From positions 96,001 to 160,000 of the forward strand of contig CAVQUB010000005.1 in the NCBI GenBank assembly GCA_963716725.1: DNA of 64,000 nt, written 5' to 3'. The number at the start of each line of letters is the position of its first letter. Position 1 is the first letter of the stretch. The translations under genes were made by a program, and so were the position numbers. Under the pieces are notes generated by a model, which was given only the letters and a program-made list of their open reading frames with translations, was not told where the DNA came from and did not search any database. The stretch is from an uncultured delta proteobacterium (GTDB lineage: Bacteria; Myxococcota_A; Polyangia; Polyangiales; Polyangiaceae). Shown here one piece after another: positions 63,299-64,000 of this stretch.

Positions 63299-64000
63299 GC
63301 GGGTTTCAGCAGGGATTCGCCGTATCGGATGGGACCGACCGAACGGGCCAGGGTGATTCCGGGTTCCACGAGCAGCACCGCCGTGGACCCCAAATGGAAG
63401 ATGCCGAGCTCGTCGCCCTTCTTCGAGGCGACGGGAGGGACAATGCTGTGGTCGCCGGGCGGAACGGCGGGCTCTGGGATGACGCCAACGCTGATGCGCC
63501 CGACGATGACGGCGCCCACCATCACGACGTACACCCGCCCCAGCCCCTGAGTGTCGATGGCGATGGCGACGCGGTTGTTGCGCACGAACAAACGCGGCAC
63601 GTGGCGTTCGCCGATCTTGTTGACCGGATACAGGTCTCCGGGGATCCCGAGCACTCGAGTGATGGCGCCGTCGACCGGAGAGTGAACTCGGTGGTAGTCG
63701 CGCGGCGACAGGTAGACCACGGCGAAGCTTCCGCCGGCAAAGCGTGAAGCGTCTTTCGGATCACCGACGAGCTCGCCCACGTCGTAGGGCTGTCCCTTGA
63801 CGAAGACGCGGCTGCCCGAGTCGACGGGCCCGGTGGATTCGACGACCCCATCCGAGGGGCTGACGATGACGTCGGCGCTGATGCGGCGGGCGCCGGGCTT
63901 CAAGTCCCGCGTGAAGAATGCGTCGAAGGTTGGGTACGCGCCGTCGTGCTGCGCAGCTTCACCCATGTCGACTCGGTAGAGGGTCGCGTACAGCCGCTCG
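63295..64000 (-). CDS. psd: Phosphatidylserine decarboxylase proenzyme (5' end outside window)
   Basis: 'FFTRDLK', 'YLSPRDYHRVHSP', 'FHLGST' autocleavage motif. Confidence 0.93.
   Translation of the reverse strand, partial: ERLYATLYRVDMGEAAQHDGAYPTFDAFFTRDLKPGARRISADVIVSPSDGVVESTGPVDSGSRVFVKGQPYDVGELVGDPKDASRFAGGSFAVVYLSPRDYHRVHSPVDGAITRVLGIPGDLYPVNKIGERHVPRLFVRNNRVAIAIDTQGLGRVYVVMVGAVIVGRISVGVIPEPAVPPGDHSIVPPVASKKGDELGIFHLGSTAVLLVEPGITLARSVGPIRYGESLLKPA

Overview
This is a GC-rich (roughly 70%) bacterial window. Gene content (many lipoproteins, Cys-rich repeats, Ser/Thr kinases, PEGA/FGE proteins, ECF sigmas) suggests Myxococcota, probably Polyangiaceae-like; this is an inference. Core genes include a double-length uvrA, smpB, rpmE, DUF1385, prfA and psd. 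The main result lies at about 40.4-52.8 kb. The last ~67 bp of a membrane 4Fe-4S protein gene occur four times as direct repeats (R1-R4), and all five substitutions among them are synonymous. Each of the three displaced copies abuts a conserved 160-215 bp hairpin element (E1-E3). Different cargo lies between copies: AbiEi/AbiEii plus HigBA, two hypothetical genes, and an M4-like peptidase/RCC1 gene with a G12 tract. This looks like a cassette array that grows by repeated replacement of a gene's 3' end, and no integrase is encoded in the window. The most distal copy is split by an IS630 element carrying a LexA-like HTH gene. That IS is in turn interrupted by a 3258-bp TG..CA transposon (DDE plus ExeA-type ATPase, 6-bp TSD). 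Several small frameshifts in otherwise intact genes probably reflect sequencing or assembly error.
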